Source: a bacterium UBP6_UBA1177
Lineage (GTDB): Bacteria > UBP6 > UBA1177
Direction of reading: 5' to 3'
Length of the DNA: 54,750 nucleotides
NCBI GenBank assembly: GCA_002310995.1
Contig: DBYV01000008.1
Span: forward strand, 5,643 to 60,392
The notes beneath the pieces were generated by a model, which saw nothing but the letters and a program-made list of their open reading frames with translations, was not told where the DNA came from and made no database searches. The position numbers were made by a program, and so were the translations under genes. Shown here one piece after another: positions 36,954-47,092 of this stretch (within the stretch, counting starts at the first letter, position 1; the number at the start of each line of letters is the position of its first letter).

Positions 36954-38164
36954 TTCAAAAGCTCCTCATAAAGCCGCAGATATTCTAGCACCATTCTTTC
37001 AGAAGAGAATTTTTTGCTGGCAGCTACGGCGTTTTCAGCCATTTTTTCTCTCAATTCATCGTTGTCAAGCAGTTTTTCCAAAGCTTCAACCAGTTTCTCG
37101 CCGTTTTTGTATTCAACAACAAAGCCAGAAATTCCATTTTCAACAATTTCAGGCACTCCGCCGGTCTCAAATGTGGCAACTGGAAGTCCGCATGCAAGAG
37201 ATTCTATTGCAGTCAAAGGGCAGTTGTCAGCCAATGTCGGGAAAAGATAGATATCTGCTGCGGAATAAAGTTTTGCCATGGTTTGAGCATTGTTGACATA
37301 TCCGTAGTCCAGCCAATTTTCCGAAAGTTGTCCAATGTTGCCGCCGATATTTAAAAAGAGAATATCATTGCGATTTTGTAATTTTTCAAAAGCCAGTGAA
37401 ACAAATTCGCCGCCTTTGAAGGGGTTCTGGACTCCGCCGTCTGCTGAAAAAAGGAGGATTTTTTTGTTTTCAGGTAGTCCGAGTTCTTTTCTTGCTGCAG
37501 ATTTATCGGTTTTTTTGAAGGTTTCAAGATCAATTCCGTTGTAAATGAGACGGACATCCTTATTTTTCAGAAAGCTTTCTTCAACACATTTTTTAAGCCA
37601 AAGTGATGGAGCGACTATTGTAAAATCAACAGAATTAAAGACTTTATTTTTATAATTCCACAAAAATTTGGTGCGGTCTTTTTTGAGTGCCGGATAAATA
37701 TCCAGTTTTTCGCAGTTTCCACATCCAGTTTTCCATTTTTTACATTCAAAGGAGTGGGCGCAGTGCCCTGTGATCGGGAACATATCGTGAAATGTCCAAA
37801 CAATCGGAGCAATTTTTGGAAGTTTAGACAGAAGATTTGTCTGAAAGTAGCCACCGTGAATATTGTGAATGTGAATTATGTCGGGCGAAATTTTGCTGGC
37901 GGTTGTTAAAATCAATCTCGATTCTATCGGTAGAAAACTGTAGAGAAAACCTTGTTCAGAAAGAATTCTGGAAAATTTTTTGTAGCCGAAAATCGAAGTT
38001 TTTTCACTTGTACGAAAAACATTTTTGACATTTTCATCAGAAATTTCTTTAACAATAAAATATTGTTCAACATTATGATTTTGCTTTAGATTTTTTGCGA
38101 GTATCTGCATCAGCAGGGCTGCTCCGCCTTGAGAAAAAATTGTATTAATATGAAGAATTTTCAA
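36950..38164 (-). CDS. Glycosyltransferase family 4, paralogue of 30595-31821
   Basis: HNIHGGYFQTNLL, WTFHDMFPITGHCAHSFEC, DNCPLTAIES. Confidence 0.9.
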   Translation of the reverse strand: MKILHINTIFSQGGAALLMQILAKNLKQNHNVEQYFIVKEISDENVKNVFRTSEKTSIFGYKKFSRILSEQGFLYSFLPIESRLILTTASKISPDIIHIHNIHGGYFQTNLLSKLPKIAPIVWTFHDMFPITGHCAHSFECKKWKTGCGNCEKLDIYPALKKDRTKFLWNYKNKVFNSVDFTIVAPSLWLKKCVEESFLKNKDVRLIYNGIDLETFKKTDKSAARKELGLPENKKILLFSADGGVQNPFKGGEFVSLAFEKLQNRNDILFLNIGGNIGQLSENWLDYGYVNNAQTMAKLYSAADIYLFPTLADNCPLTAIESLACGLPVATFETGGVPEIVENGISGFVVEYKNGEKLVEALEKLLDNDELREKMAENAVAASKKFSSERMVLEYLRLYEELLK

Positions 38165-39081
38165 TTAAACAACCTCTTCCAAATTTTTCTTATAAATCTT
38201 TTCAGAGAATACCTAGGCGGTGGATCAAAAACTTTTCGGAAGTTTTTTAATATCTTTTTGTTGGATTTAACTGTTTCAATTTGCGGCATCCAGTCATCAT
38301 CAAGAGTAGTGATCAATTTTTCGTCTGCACCGGTATGGGTGCCGCTGCTGTCGAGGCCGACATTTGTAACGAGTGATTTTACAGGGCGGATGTTGAATTT
38401 GTTCTGTTTGAACATTGAATAGTCAAATCTGATAGCCCAAGAATCTATTTTTCCTTCCATTTGGGCTTTGAGCATTCCGCTCATGTCTGCTCCGCCGCGA
38501 TTGAATGCTTTTTGAAGTTTTGTGTTCTCAGAAAACTTTTTAAAATCAACAACTTCCCAGTCAATAGTGTTCCAGCGGTTTTTCCATGTTGCCCATCCCC
38601 AAGAAGCATGGCGGTATGAAAGATAGAGGTCGTGTTTGTAATTTTTCTGAATTTCCATGGTTTTTGCCGGATAATTGTATCCGCTTACAGAAAAAATCTG
38701 ATCGTCGTTTTCGAAGAAATCCAAAGCTTCGTTCATAAAACGCAGGAAATATTTTGAAGTTACCAAATCATCTTCTACGACAATAGCTTTGCCGAATTTA
38801 TTGATGATTTTTGAGACTCCTGCGATAACGGAATTAGCCAGACCGCAGTTTGTTTCTTTTTCGCAGATTGTTACGGATTTAAATCCTGATATTTTATGAA
38901 TGTATTCGCGAACTTGTTTGATTTTTTCTTTCTGTTCATCGGTTGCATTTACTTTAGGACCGTCGGCAAAAATATAGAGATCGCTCTCAGAAGACAAATC
39001 ATTTTTTTGTAGTGCTTCAACTGTCTGCTGAGTATGCCACGGGCGGTTGTAGACAAATAATATTATCGGAGCCAATGACAT
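38161..39081 (-). CDS. GT-A glycosyltransferase, paralogue of 31818-32738
   Basis: APIILFVYNRP, VVEDD, SWGWATW, DSWAIR, NVGLDSSGTH. Confidence 0.85.
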   Translation of the reverse strand: MSLAPIILFVYNRPWHTQQTVEALQKNDLSSESDLYIFADGPKVNATDEQKEKIKQVREYIHKISGFKSVTICEKETNCGLANSVIAGVSKIINKFGKAIVVEDDLVTSKYFLRFMNEALDFFENDDQIFSVSGYNYPAKTMEIQKNYKHDLYLSYRHASWGWATWKNRWNTIDWEVVDFKKFSENTKLQKAFNRGGADMSGMLKAQMEGKIDSWAIRFDYSMFKQNKFNIRPVKSLVTNVGLDSSGTHTGADEKLITTLDDDWMPQIETVKSNKKILKNFRKVFDPPPRYSLKRFIRKIWKRLFN

Positions 39082-40022
39082 TAAAAATCTCCAAGTAATT
39101 TTTTAATCATTTTTCCAACAAATCCTTTGATCAAGTATTTTGGACGGTGATATTTTGCTTTTAATTCTAGTAATATATCTAAATTATTTGGTTTTGTGCT
39201 TTCTGCAGATTGAGACAGTTCAAAGATATAGCCTATCTGATTGACCAAAAATTCGCACAAAAAGTGTTGCCTGTCGATTTTGTTTTCTGTTGCGAATCTG
39301 TCCAGAGAGTGAGTCATTTCAATCAAATCTTCCAGTCTTTTTTGAGACATAGTCGTTTGAGTTGTTGAGGTCGGATTGATTCTGCGGAAATAAGCACTAT
39401 ACGGGATAAAACAGAATGAATCCACTGAAGCCAACAAAATTGCAGTAAAATCAGTGTCTTCGTGCCAAACTCTTTCCCGGAATCTAAAGTTTTGGACGAC
39501 ACTCCTTTTTGTCAGATAAGTGCAAGACGAAACATTCAAATTATAAAACTTAATTTCTTTCCAATTTGTTTTGGGATGATAAATCTTGTTGATTTGAACT
39601 CCTTGAAAATACTGGGGATAAGAAAACATCTGATTTTCTTCTGTTTCAGTGAATTGGACTGCCGTGAAACAGAGCATGTCAACATTGAACTTTTTAATTG
39701 CATCATAAAGAATTTGACAAGCCTTGGTATCAATGTAGTCGTCGCTGTCAATGAACCAAATATATTTTCCAGTTGCGACTTCCAGACCTTTATTTCTTGC
39801 AGTTCCCTGTTTTTTGTTTTCTTCATGCCTGAAAATTTTAATTCTTGAATCTTTTTGCTGGTAGTCCTTAAGAGTTGTGTAAGAATTATCTGTTGAACAA
39901 TCGTCAACGCAGATGATTTCAATATCTTTGAGTGTTTGATTGACACAGGAATCGAGACATTCCGCCAGATATTTTTCAACATTGTAAACTGGAATAATTA
40001 TTGAGATCTTAGGAATATTCAT
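39081..40022 (-). CDS. Glycosyltransferase family 2
   Basis: SIIIPVYNVE, VDDCSTD, ARNKG, FIDSDD, HED. Confidence 0.9.
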   Translation of the reverse strand: MNIPKISIIIPVYNVEKYLAECLDSCVNQTLKDIEIICVDDCSTDNSYTTLKDYQQKDSRIKIFRHEENKKQGTARNKGLEVATGKYIWFIDSDDYIDTKACQILYDAIKKFNVDMLCFTAVQFTETEENQMFSYPQYFQGVQINKIYHPKTNWKEIKFYNLNVSSCTYLTKRSVVQNFRFRERVWHEDTDFTAILLASVDSFCFIPYSAYFRRINPTSTTQTTMSQKRLEDLIEMTHSLDRFATENKIDRQHFLCEFLVNQIGYIFELSQSAESTKPNNLDILLELKAKYHRPKYLIKGFVGKMIKKLLGDF

Positions 40023-40831
40023 CGATTAATCCACAACTCATGAAGTTTCAAGAGCACTTTTGTCAAAAACCTCAAGAGTGATTTCTTTGTTTGTCGGAGC
40101 TTTATTGTTTCTTCCCTTTTTTGTTTTTGTTCTATTTCTTCAATTTCATTTTTGCTGAAGTAGTTTTCTTGAAAAATCTTTCTTTCTGCCAAGTCAAGCT
40201 TTCTGTTTGTTGAACTTATACCGTCATTTAAAAATACTGAAATGATTTGATCGATATATTTTGTAGAAACTTTGCAATCACATAATAGTTTTTTGTTTAT
40301 GATGTTGTCTGAAATTATTTTAAAATTTTCCTCATAACCGCCGAATTTTTCAAAGACATCTTTTTTATAAAATGTTGCTTGATGCGGTAGAGTATTTACG
40401 AAAAAAAAATTGACTCCAAGTGTTTCTCCAACTGCTTTTATATGGTATTCTCCCGATTTAGGATTTACGCATAAAAGGTCACCATATATAACATCAAAAA
40501 GTGAATTTTTAAACAAATTCATCAATGATTTGATAACATTGTAATGAATCAGGTAATCTCCGGCATTGAGAAAAAGGAGATATTCTCCAGTCGCCATTTT
40601 TATTCCTTTGTTCATTGCGTTGTATATGCCGGAATCAGGCTCACTTATCCATTTTATAGGATATTTATTCGAATATTGCTGAATGATTTCATCTGTTTTG
40701 TCTGTGGAAGCTCCGTCAATGACAACGTATTCAATATTTTCTTTGAAACAGTTCTGTGACATAACGCTGAGCATCGTTCTTTCAATGGCATTTTCCGCAT
40801 TTTTGCAGACTGTAATGATTGAGATTTTCAT
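40019..40831 (-). CDS. Glycosyltransferase family 2 (WcaE-like), paralogue of 34666-35430
   Basis: Identical start MKISIITVCKNAENAIERT; SEPDSGIYNAMNK, FLNAGD. Confidence 0.9.
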   Translation of the reverse strand: MKISIITVCKNAENAIERTMLSVMSQNCFKENIEYVVIDGASTDKTDEIIQQYSNKYPIKWISEPDSGIYNAMNKGIKMATGEYLLFLNAGDYLIHYNVIKSLMNLFKNSLFDVIYGDLLCVNPKSGEYHIKAVGETLGVNFFFVNTLPHQATFYKKDVFEKFGGYEENFKIISDNIINKKLLCDCKVSTKYIDQIISVFLNDGISSTNRKLDLAERKIFQENYFSKNEIEEIEQKQKREETIKLRQTKKSLLRFLTKVLLKLHELWINR

Positions 40832-40835
40832 TTAT

Positions 40836-42059
40836 TTACATATCCCAGAAGTTGCGCAAATGTACTGCTTCTAAAAAAATCTTGTTAATGGAATTCAGGA
40901 ATAAATCAAATTTAAATAAACATTCTGAATTGTGAGCCATGATAAGCCTTGCATATTCATCCCTGTTATTAAATGCTTTTTCCATTGCGTCACAAATATT
41001 CTGACTATCAAGAGGATTAACATATAATGCGGCATCAGCGAGTTCTTCTCTATGCCCGTTAAAATCAGAACAAATCACCGGACAACCTAGTTCCATTGCT
41101 TCTAACAGCGGCATATTCGTCGGCCCCATAAGAGTGGGCATAACAAGCGCGATTGCATTTTGATACAATGTGAAAACCGTTTCCGTTGATACAAATCCTG
41201 CAAATACAACTTTATCTTCAATTCCCAAATCTGAGCAAACTGATTTTATATATCTTTCATTACCCTGGTCACTGCCGGTAAATACAAGACGGCAATCAGT
41301 ATGATCAGATAAAAATCGTGAAAATGCCAGCAGAAGTGTATAATGATTCTTGTGTGCCCAGAACTGCGCCGGATAATAAAAAAAGTTATGCTGTTTTAAC
41401 TTCAAACTATCCAGAATTTCATATTGTCTTCGCTTTTGCACATTGACCGAAGAGGCTTCTCCTGAAAATATTCTTGATACTTTCAAACGATCCGGATTCA
41501 GGTGTGTGTAACGGATCAGTTCGTCTCGTCCGGCTTCGGACTCACATATAACCATTAATGCCCTTGGCAGCACATTGTTATAAAACCATTCTCTATGATT
41601 AAAGTTGTTCTCCGATGCGACTTCCGGAAAAGCCCATGTGCTTCTATGTCCCATATCCCAATTCGTTGCTATAAACGGGAATGATAATAGTGGTTGAATA
41701 TATGTATGTTGAATAGGATAATAAAGCAGTTCGATTTCGGCATTTTTGAGTGTTTGCAAATATAAATTCTGTCTGTCTCTTTTTTGCCTTTCATTTATCC
41801 TGTGCAAAAAACGATCTTGTATTAATGGAATCTTAGTTAATATTCTCTCAACAAACGAAACCTTTGTGCGGTTTGTATTATCAAGCGAAATGCAAGGTCT
41901 GTTCAAGGATGTTGGAGAATCGCCTTCTTTTACGAATACAATTTCTATTTTATCATCAAAATTATAAGTATCGAATCCGTGTATTAGTCTATTGTAATAC
42001 GAATAACTTCCGCCTTTTTCCGGCTTCCAATTTCCATTAAGCCATACACCTATCTTCAT
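40836..42059 (-). CDS. Glycosyltransferase family 4
   Basis: YPAQFWAHKNH, GPTNMPLLEAM..GCPV. Confidence 0.88.
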   Translation of the reverse strand: MKIGVWLNGNWKPEKGGSYSYYNRLIHGFDTYNFDDKIEIVFVKEGDSPTSLNRPCISLDNTNRTKVSFVERILTKIPLIQDRFLHRINERQKRDRQNLYLQTLKNAEIELLYYPIQHTYIQPLLSFPFIATNWDMGHRSTWAFPEVASENNFNHREWFYNNVLPRALMVICESEAGRDELIRYTHLNPDRLKVSRIFSGEASSVNVQKRRQYEILDSLKLKQHNFFYYPAQFWAHKNHYTLLLAFSRFLSDHTDCRLVFTGSDQGNERYIKSVCSDLGIEDKVVFAGFVSTETVFTLYQNAIALVMPTLMGPTNMPLLEAMELGCPVICSDFNGHREELADAALYVNPLDSQNICDAMEKAFNNRDEYARLIMAHNSECLFKFDLFLNSINKIFLEAVHLRNFWDM

Positions 42060-43180
42060 TGTTGAAAAGCCTTTATTAATTTACAAATACCGTAAATATC
42101 ACTTTCATTCAGGCAACTTGCAGAGGGCAGATATAATCCCTGAGCAGTCAGCTTGTCTGTCACAATATATTCACCGGAGCAGTCACATCCATATTTTTTT
42201 AATGAAGGCTGTCTGTGCATTCCTACAAACAATTGCCGTGTATCTACATTGTTTTCTTTTAAATATGCGCACAATTCATCCTTTGTATGCCCGTATTTTG
42301 AAGCATCAACAAGTATGGCATTCATCCATGATACACTTAAATATCCGTCAGGAATCAACTGAAAAATAATCCCGGAAACATCTTTAAGATATTTACGGTA
42401 TAATTTATTATTGTGTCTGTGCATTTTCTTATATTCATCAGCCTTTTCTACTTGAGCCAGACCAACAGCTGCCACCAAATTACTCATACGATAATTATAA
42501 CCGATATTTTCATGCAAATAATTACGGGGACCATCTAGAGGAAAACATACATTCTTGTAATACCTCAGACGATTGTAAATATTCTCGTCGTTTGTTACGA
42601 CCATTCCTCCTTCGCCCGTGGTTATGTTTTTATTAGCGAAAAAACTGAAGGCGGCAAGATTGGAAACAGAACCGGATCGGTGCCCTTTGTATTCTGCACC
42701 GTGAGCTTCAGCCGCATCTTCTATCACTAGCAACCCGTGTTTTCTGGCGATATCGGTAACAGCATCCATATCACACATTAAACCGAACAAATGCACAGGG
42801 ATAATTGCCTTTGTTTTTGATGTTATTTTTTCCTCTATTTTGGAAATATCAATATTCCATGTTTCAGGATCGGCATCTACAAAGACCGGCTTGGCTCCCG
42901 TATAACAGACAGCAAAAGCCGTTGCTATCATGGTAAAATCTGGAATGATGACCTCATCACCTTCTCCTATTCCGGCGGCTACTAATGCCAAATGCAAAGC
43001 TACAGTTCCATTACAAACAGCAACGCCGTACTTGCAACCGCAATAATCCGCAAACCGTTCCTCAAATTCGCGTACATATTTGCCTGCCGACGAAATCCAG
43101 CCTGTCTGCACGGCATCGGTCACATATTTCAACTCATTGCCCAACAAAGTTGGTTCACATACTGGAATATACTTACTCAT
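42056..43180 (-). CDS. DegT/DnrJ/EryC1/StrS aminotransferase, perosamine-synthase-like
   Basis: GWISSAG, NGTVALHLAL, IEDAAEAHG, FSFFANKNITTGEGG, GYNYRM. Confidence 0.9.
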   Translation of the reverse strand: MSKYIPVCEPTLLGNELKYVTDAVQTGWISSAGKYVREFEERFADYCGCKYGVAVCNGTVALHLALVAAGIGEGDEVIIPDFTMIATAFAVCYTGAKPVFVDADPETWNIDISKIEEKITSKTKAIIPVHLFGLMCDMDAVTDIARKHGLLVIEDAAEAHGAEYKGHRSGSVSNLAAFSFFANKNITTGEGGMVVTNDENIYNRLRYYKNVCFPLDGPRNYLHENIGYNYRMSNLVAAVGLAQVEKADEYKKMHRHNNKLYRKYLKDVSGIIFQLIPDGYLSVSWMNAILVDASKYGHTKDELCAYLKENNVDTRQLFVGMHRQPSLKKYGCDCSGEYIVTDKLTAQGLYLPSASCLNESDIYGICKLIKAFQQ

Positions 43181-43610
43181 TTTGCTTAATTATAACATTA
43201 TTGTCGCTCACAGCATCAAATCTAGTCTTATCCATTTCTCCGCAATAAGGCCCTTGCTTTACTTCTATCATTTCTGTCGGTTCCAGCATCTTAAAACCAT
43301 GACCGCCGTGAGCAAGCAACACGATATCTCCTTTTTGTAAAATATGGCTCTCAATGTAATTGCACCCGGCATCATAAAAATCGACCCGCACCTTTCCAGA
43401 TTTTATAAACAACACTTCCTGTGTCAAATCCACTTTTCGTTCCACTAAATTATGTACGTGCGGCGGAATAACATAATCCTTAGGCCGGTTCATATAACCC
43501 AACTGCTGCGAAAAATCATCAGGCGTAAAGAAGTCAATGCCGTCCTTGTTGTATTCTGTCGGAATGATAATTCCGAGAATCTTATCATTATGAATAATTT
43601 TTGTAATCAT
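43173..43610 (-). CDS. Cupin-fold protein of sugar-nucleotide clusters
   Basis: PPHVHN...QEVL..GKV, GGHGF, EVKQGPY. Confidence 0.7.
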   Translation of the reverse strand: MITKIIHNDKILGIIIPTEYNKDGIDFFTPDDFSQQLGYMNRPKDYVIPPHVHNLVERKVDLTQEVLFIKSGKVRVDFYDAGCNYIESHILQKGDIVLLAHGGHGFKMLEPTEMIEVKQGPYCGEMDKTRFDAVSDNNVIIKQNE

Positions 43611-43616
43611 ATTTTG

Positions 43617-44366
43617 TTATCTTTTTTTTAGAATAAAGCACACGCCCCATGTATTACAACTCGGCAAATTCGATGTTAAAAATTCCTCTGTTTTTAATAT
43701 ATCGAAACCTGTATCATCTGCCAGTAAAGCCATCTCAGGTATTGAAAAATGCCTCATTTTATGAACTTCATTTATTATTGTTCCGTTGCCGTTGCATTTG
43801 TCGGTTATATGTACCTCGAAATTTACGTCAACCACATTAGTATCGTAATGACAAGTCGATTCCGCTAAACGAACAACGTCAATATTGTCGTTACTAAACC
43901 GCTTAATCCGAGTTTCCGGTTTTTGCGTATATACAGCAGGTGTAAACCAGACATCAAACAGAAATATTCCATCGGATTCAAGATGTTTGTGGACACAACG
44001 GAAACATTTCTTGATTTCATCATTTTCGTTTAGATAACTGATTACATGAAACAATGCTATTGCAGCATCAAATTTTTTTCCTATAGAAAAATCTGTCATA
44101 TCGCCAATCATCGGTTCATAGTTGTGAATTTGCTTCGCAAGAGCCTCTTTTACCATTGTTTCACTACGTTCGATACCTGTTACATGCAAACCCAAATTTG
44201 TTAAAAATTTGGCATGGTTGCCTGTTCCGCTTCCTAATTCTATAATATCGTGAATGTGGCTATTGTGCCTTAATAATGTCTCGTAAACATATTTAGCTTC
44301 ACCTGCATAATCTTTATCCTGATACAAAAGATCGTAATATTTACTGTATAAATTGAAGTTATCCAT
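43617..44366 (-). CDS. Class I SAM-dependent methyltransferase
   Basis: YYDLLY..KDY, ELGSGTG, FDAAIALFHV. Confidence 0.88.
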   Translation of the reverse strand: MDNFNLYSKYYDLLYQDKDYAGEAKYVYETLLRHNSHIHDIIELGSGTGNHAKFLTNLGLHVTGIERSETMVKEALAKQIHNYEPMIGDMTDFSIGKKFDAAIALFHVISYLNENDEIKKCFRCVHKHLESDGIFLFDVWFTPAVYTQKPETRIKRFSNDNIDVVRLAESTCHYDTNVVDVNFEVHITDKCNGNGTIINEVHKMRHFSIPEMALLADDTGFDILKTEEFLTSNLPSCNTWGVCFILKKR

Positions 44367-45282
44367 GATGTAATTTATGAATTGTTTTAACAATATTACG
44401 TTTAAATATGTTGTATTTGTTTTTGACAGCTTTTTTTAGAATGATTAGTTTTAGTTCAGGCATTAGATGAAAAATTGTTTTTTTATATTCTTGTTCAAAA
44501 GTTTTGTCTGTATAGTTGCGTAAAATATTTAGCACCCGCTCTCCATACATAAGATAACTATCATAATGCCCCATCCATTCCTGCTGATGCTTTTCCAATA
44601 AGTATAGATATCCTTTTATCTCTCGTTTTTTATCAGCTGATATTGTATCGCACCCTCCAACATAGTAGTCCACTAATATTTTTGGAACAGTTGTATATGT
44701 CGCAACTTTGCTCAATCTAATATGAGTTTCCCATTCTTGCATAGATGGGCAATCATCATCAAGACCACCTATTTCCATTAACTTGCTTCTTTTTATTATA
44801 GCCCCGTTAAAATCAACATAAATCTTTCCTGTCAAAAGCTGCTCTTGAATATTTCCGCCACATATCCATTCAAACTTACCAACAATTTCACCAGAATTAC
44901 GATTGATAACATTTGAGAAACACGTATATACATCTGATTTTTTATCATCTGTCATTATGGCATTTACCATAGTGTCCAACAAATCGTTGTGCATAATATC
45001 ATCAGAATCAAAGAACACAATCCATTCTGATGTAGCATGATATATTCCTGTATTTCTTGCTCCTTGGGCACCTTTTTTTCGCTCATTCAGCACATAATGA
45101 AAACGATTGTCTTTTTGTTCATATTTTTCGATTAATTTCCTGGTATTATCTGTAGAGAAATCATCAACAATAAGACATTCCCAATTTTGATATGTTTGAG
45201 CAAGAACACTGTCAAGAGTTCTTGCAATAATAGCTGCTCGATTATATGTCGGAATAACAACTGAAATCTGTGGGGTCGTCAT
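44359..45282 (-). CDS. Glycosyltransferase family 2
   Basis: SVVIPTYNR, VDDFSTD, GARNTG, FFDSDD. Confidence 0.9.
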   Translation of the reverse strand: MTTPQISVVIPTYNRAAIIARTLDSVLAQTYQNWECLIVDDFSTDNTRKLIEKYEQKDNRFHYVLNERKKGAQGARNTGIYHATSEWIVFFDSDDIMHNDLLDTMVNAIMTDDKKSDVYTCFSNVINRNSGEIVGKFEWICGGNIQEQLLTGKIYVDFNGAIIKRSKLMEIGGLDDDCPSMQEWETHIRLSKVATYTTVPKILVDYYVGGCDTISADKKREIKGYLYLLEKHQQEWMGHYDSYLMYGERVLNILRNYTDKTFEQEYKKTIFHLMPELKLIILKKAVKNKYNIFKRNIVKTIHKLHHG

Positions 45283-45317
45283 AATCTCACCCAATCATTA
45301 GGAATAAACTTAACAAT

Positions 45318-46268
45318 CTATTTTTCCCAATAATCTGTCAAATTATATTTCTCAAGAATGGCACTAAACTGCACATCATTGCCACAAATATTGTTTTCGT
45401 TTGCGACGGTATTTTGCAAACATAATGCGTCTTTGCTCAATGGTAAGGAATAGTAATATCCTTCAGGTTTGTCATTTTTTACCCAAATTGATTTTGTCCC
45501 ATTCAGCAAAGCCATTGCATAAAACCATATATCATCTGCATTCGGACATATATCCATAAACACCTTGTCATTAAACACTTTTTGGTTAAAGCATTTAGGC
45601 GGATACAAAATTCCGCCCACTCCTGTTGGAAAATTTAATGGCAAAACTTGTTCATCATCAATGCCATATTTCCATTTAAGGTAACTTGCAGGTTTGTTCT
45701 CTTCTTCCAAAACTATCCGGTGCATTCTGCAGGCACATATTTTATCGGGATTGTCAATGTGGGTGTTAATTAGCCGCTCAATTAAATCGTATTCATACAT
45801 TACATCATCGTCTATAGTAATAATGCACGAATCCGGGTATTTTGAAAGAGCTGGAATTAATTTTTTATAGGAGCGCAAATCTTTACAGTATTCTATTTCC
45901 AACCCCCGCTCTTGCTGTAATAGCAATGTTTTTGGAAGCCTTTTGTTTTTGAATTCATCTTCTGCCAGCCAAAGAACAATTTTATTGGGTTTGACAGTTC
46001 CCTGCATTATTGATTCGATTGCCAAATGCGTATTGTGTATGCGATTCCCGAAAGTTGTCAACGACACTACAATATCATTGCGGCATAGCTTTTCTGAACA
46101 TATACCATTACTTTTGCTGTTAATAGTTTTATCTCTCAAATAGTTTGTTTTCTGCGACAATAAAACATTTTGGGTGTTAGCCGATATTTTGGCGTTTATA
46201 TTGCCAAGCATATTTTTAATATCTCTATCGTGTCGGGTTCGACTGAGTATGTAACTGATTATTCCCAT
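45318..46268 (-). CDS. GT-A-like glycosyltransferase / hypothetical
   Basis: VSLTT..R, SYKKLIP, ITIDDD, TGVGGILYPP, ADDIWF. Confidence 0.7.
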   Translation of the reverse strand: MGIISYILSRTRHDRDIKNMLGNINAKISANTQNVLLSQKTNYLRDKTINSKSNGICSEKLCRNDIVVSLTTFGNRIHNTHLAIESIMQGTVKPNKIVLWLAEDEFKNKRLPKTLLLQQERGLEIEYCKDLRSYKKLIPALSKYPDSCIITIDDDVMYEYDLIERLINTHIDNPDKICACRMHRIVLEEENKPASYLKWKYGIDDEQVLPLNFPTGVGGILYPPKCFNQKVFNDKVFMDICPNADDIWFYAMALLNGTKSIWVKNDKPEGYYYSLPLSKDALCLQNTVANENNICGNDVQFSAILEKYNLTDYWEK

Positions 46269-46269
46269 T

Positions 46270-47082
46270 TTACACCACGAAGAAAAAATAATTAATACCA
46301 CCCAAGTTCATATAGCTATAGCCGAGTTTTTCCAGTTCTGATTTAATAAAATCAAAATTTTCATCCTGTATTTCAATCATTATATATGGCTTATTTTTTT
46401 CTATGGTGTTAATGGCACCACATATTACTTTGGTTTCAAAGCTTTCTACATCTATTTTGACAAATTTAATGTTGTCTTCAATATTTAGCGAATCAATACT
46501 GATTATCGGTATGTTTCCGTTCTTATTTATTGCAATTTGAGTGGAACCAATATTATCTTTATTGTAAAATTTCACAGATGACAAACCTTTACATTCTCCT
46601 ACAGCCACATTGTAGAGAACAACTTTTTCTTCAAGATGGTTTAATTTTATATTCTCGCATAAAATATCAAATATGAAATCAATGGGTTCGAAGCATATTG
46701 CTTTTAAAATGCCAATTTCATTGAAAAAATACAATGTATGATTTCCTATGTTTGTGCCTATATCTAAAATACAGCCGTTTTTTATCTCGTTGCCTACTTT
46801 GCCGTTTTCCCATTTCTTACATATAAAATCAAGGTTGTCTTTTTCATAGTATTCTCTTTTAGTAAGAATTAGTTGTTGAATATAATCGGTTTCATACCTT
46901 GGTAAATAAAATTTTGCACTTATAGAATCACAACAAAAAATGTAGTTGTTCTTTTTCAAATGCAGTTTTCTGCCGATTCTCCGAGCTTCTTTTTTCCTAA
47001 TTTTATTGGGATCAACTCGCTTTGGGTAACCTAAAATGAATTTGAGTTTATTTATTGTTCGTATAATTGTACTTTTAAGCAT
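46270..47082 (-). CDS. FkbM-family methyltransferase
   Basis: LDIGTNIGNHT, CFEP, KIDVE, IMIE. Confidence 0.88.
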   Translation of the reverse strand: MLKSTIIRTINKLKFILGYPKRVDPNKIRKKEARRIGRKLHLKKNNYIFCCDSISAKFYLPRYETDYIQQLILTKREYYEKDNLDFICKKWENGKVGNEIKNGCILDIGTNIGNHTLYFFNEIGILKAICFEPIDFIFDILCENIKLNHLEEKVVLYNVAVGECKGLSSVKFYNKDNIGSTQIAINKNGNIPIISIDSLNIEDNIKFVKIDVESFETKVICGAINTIEKNKPYIMIEIQDENFDFIKSELEKLGYSYMNLGGINYFFFVV

Positions 47083-47092
47083 ACACTTTTAC

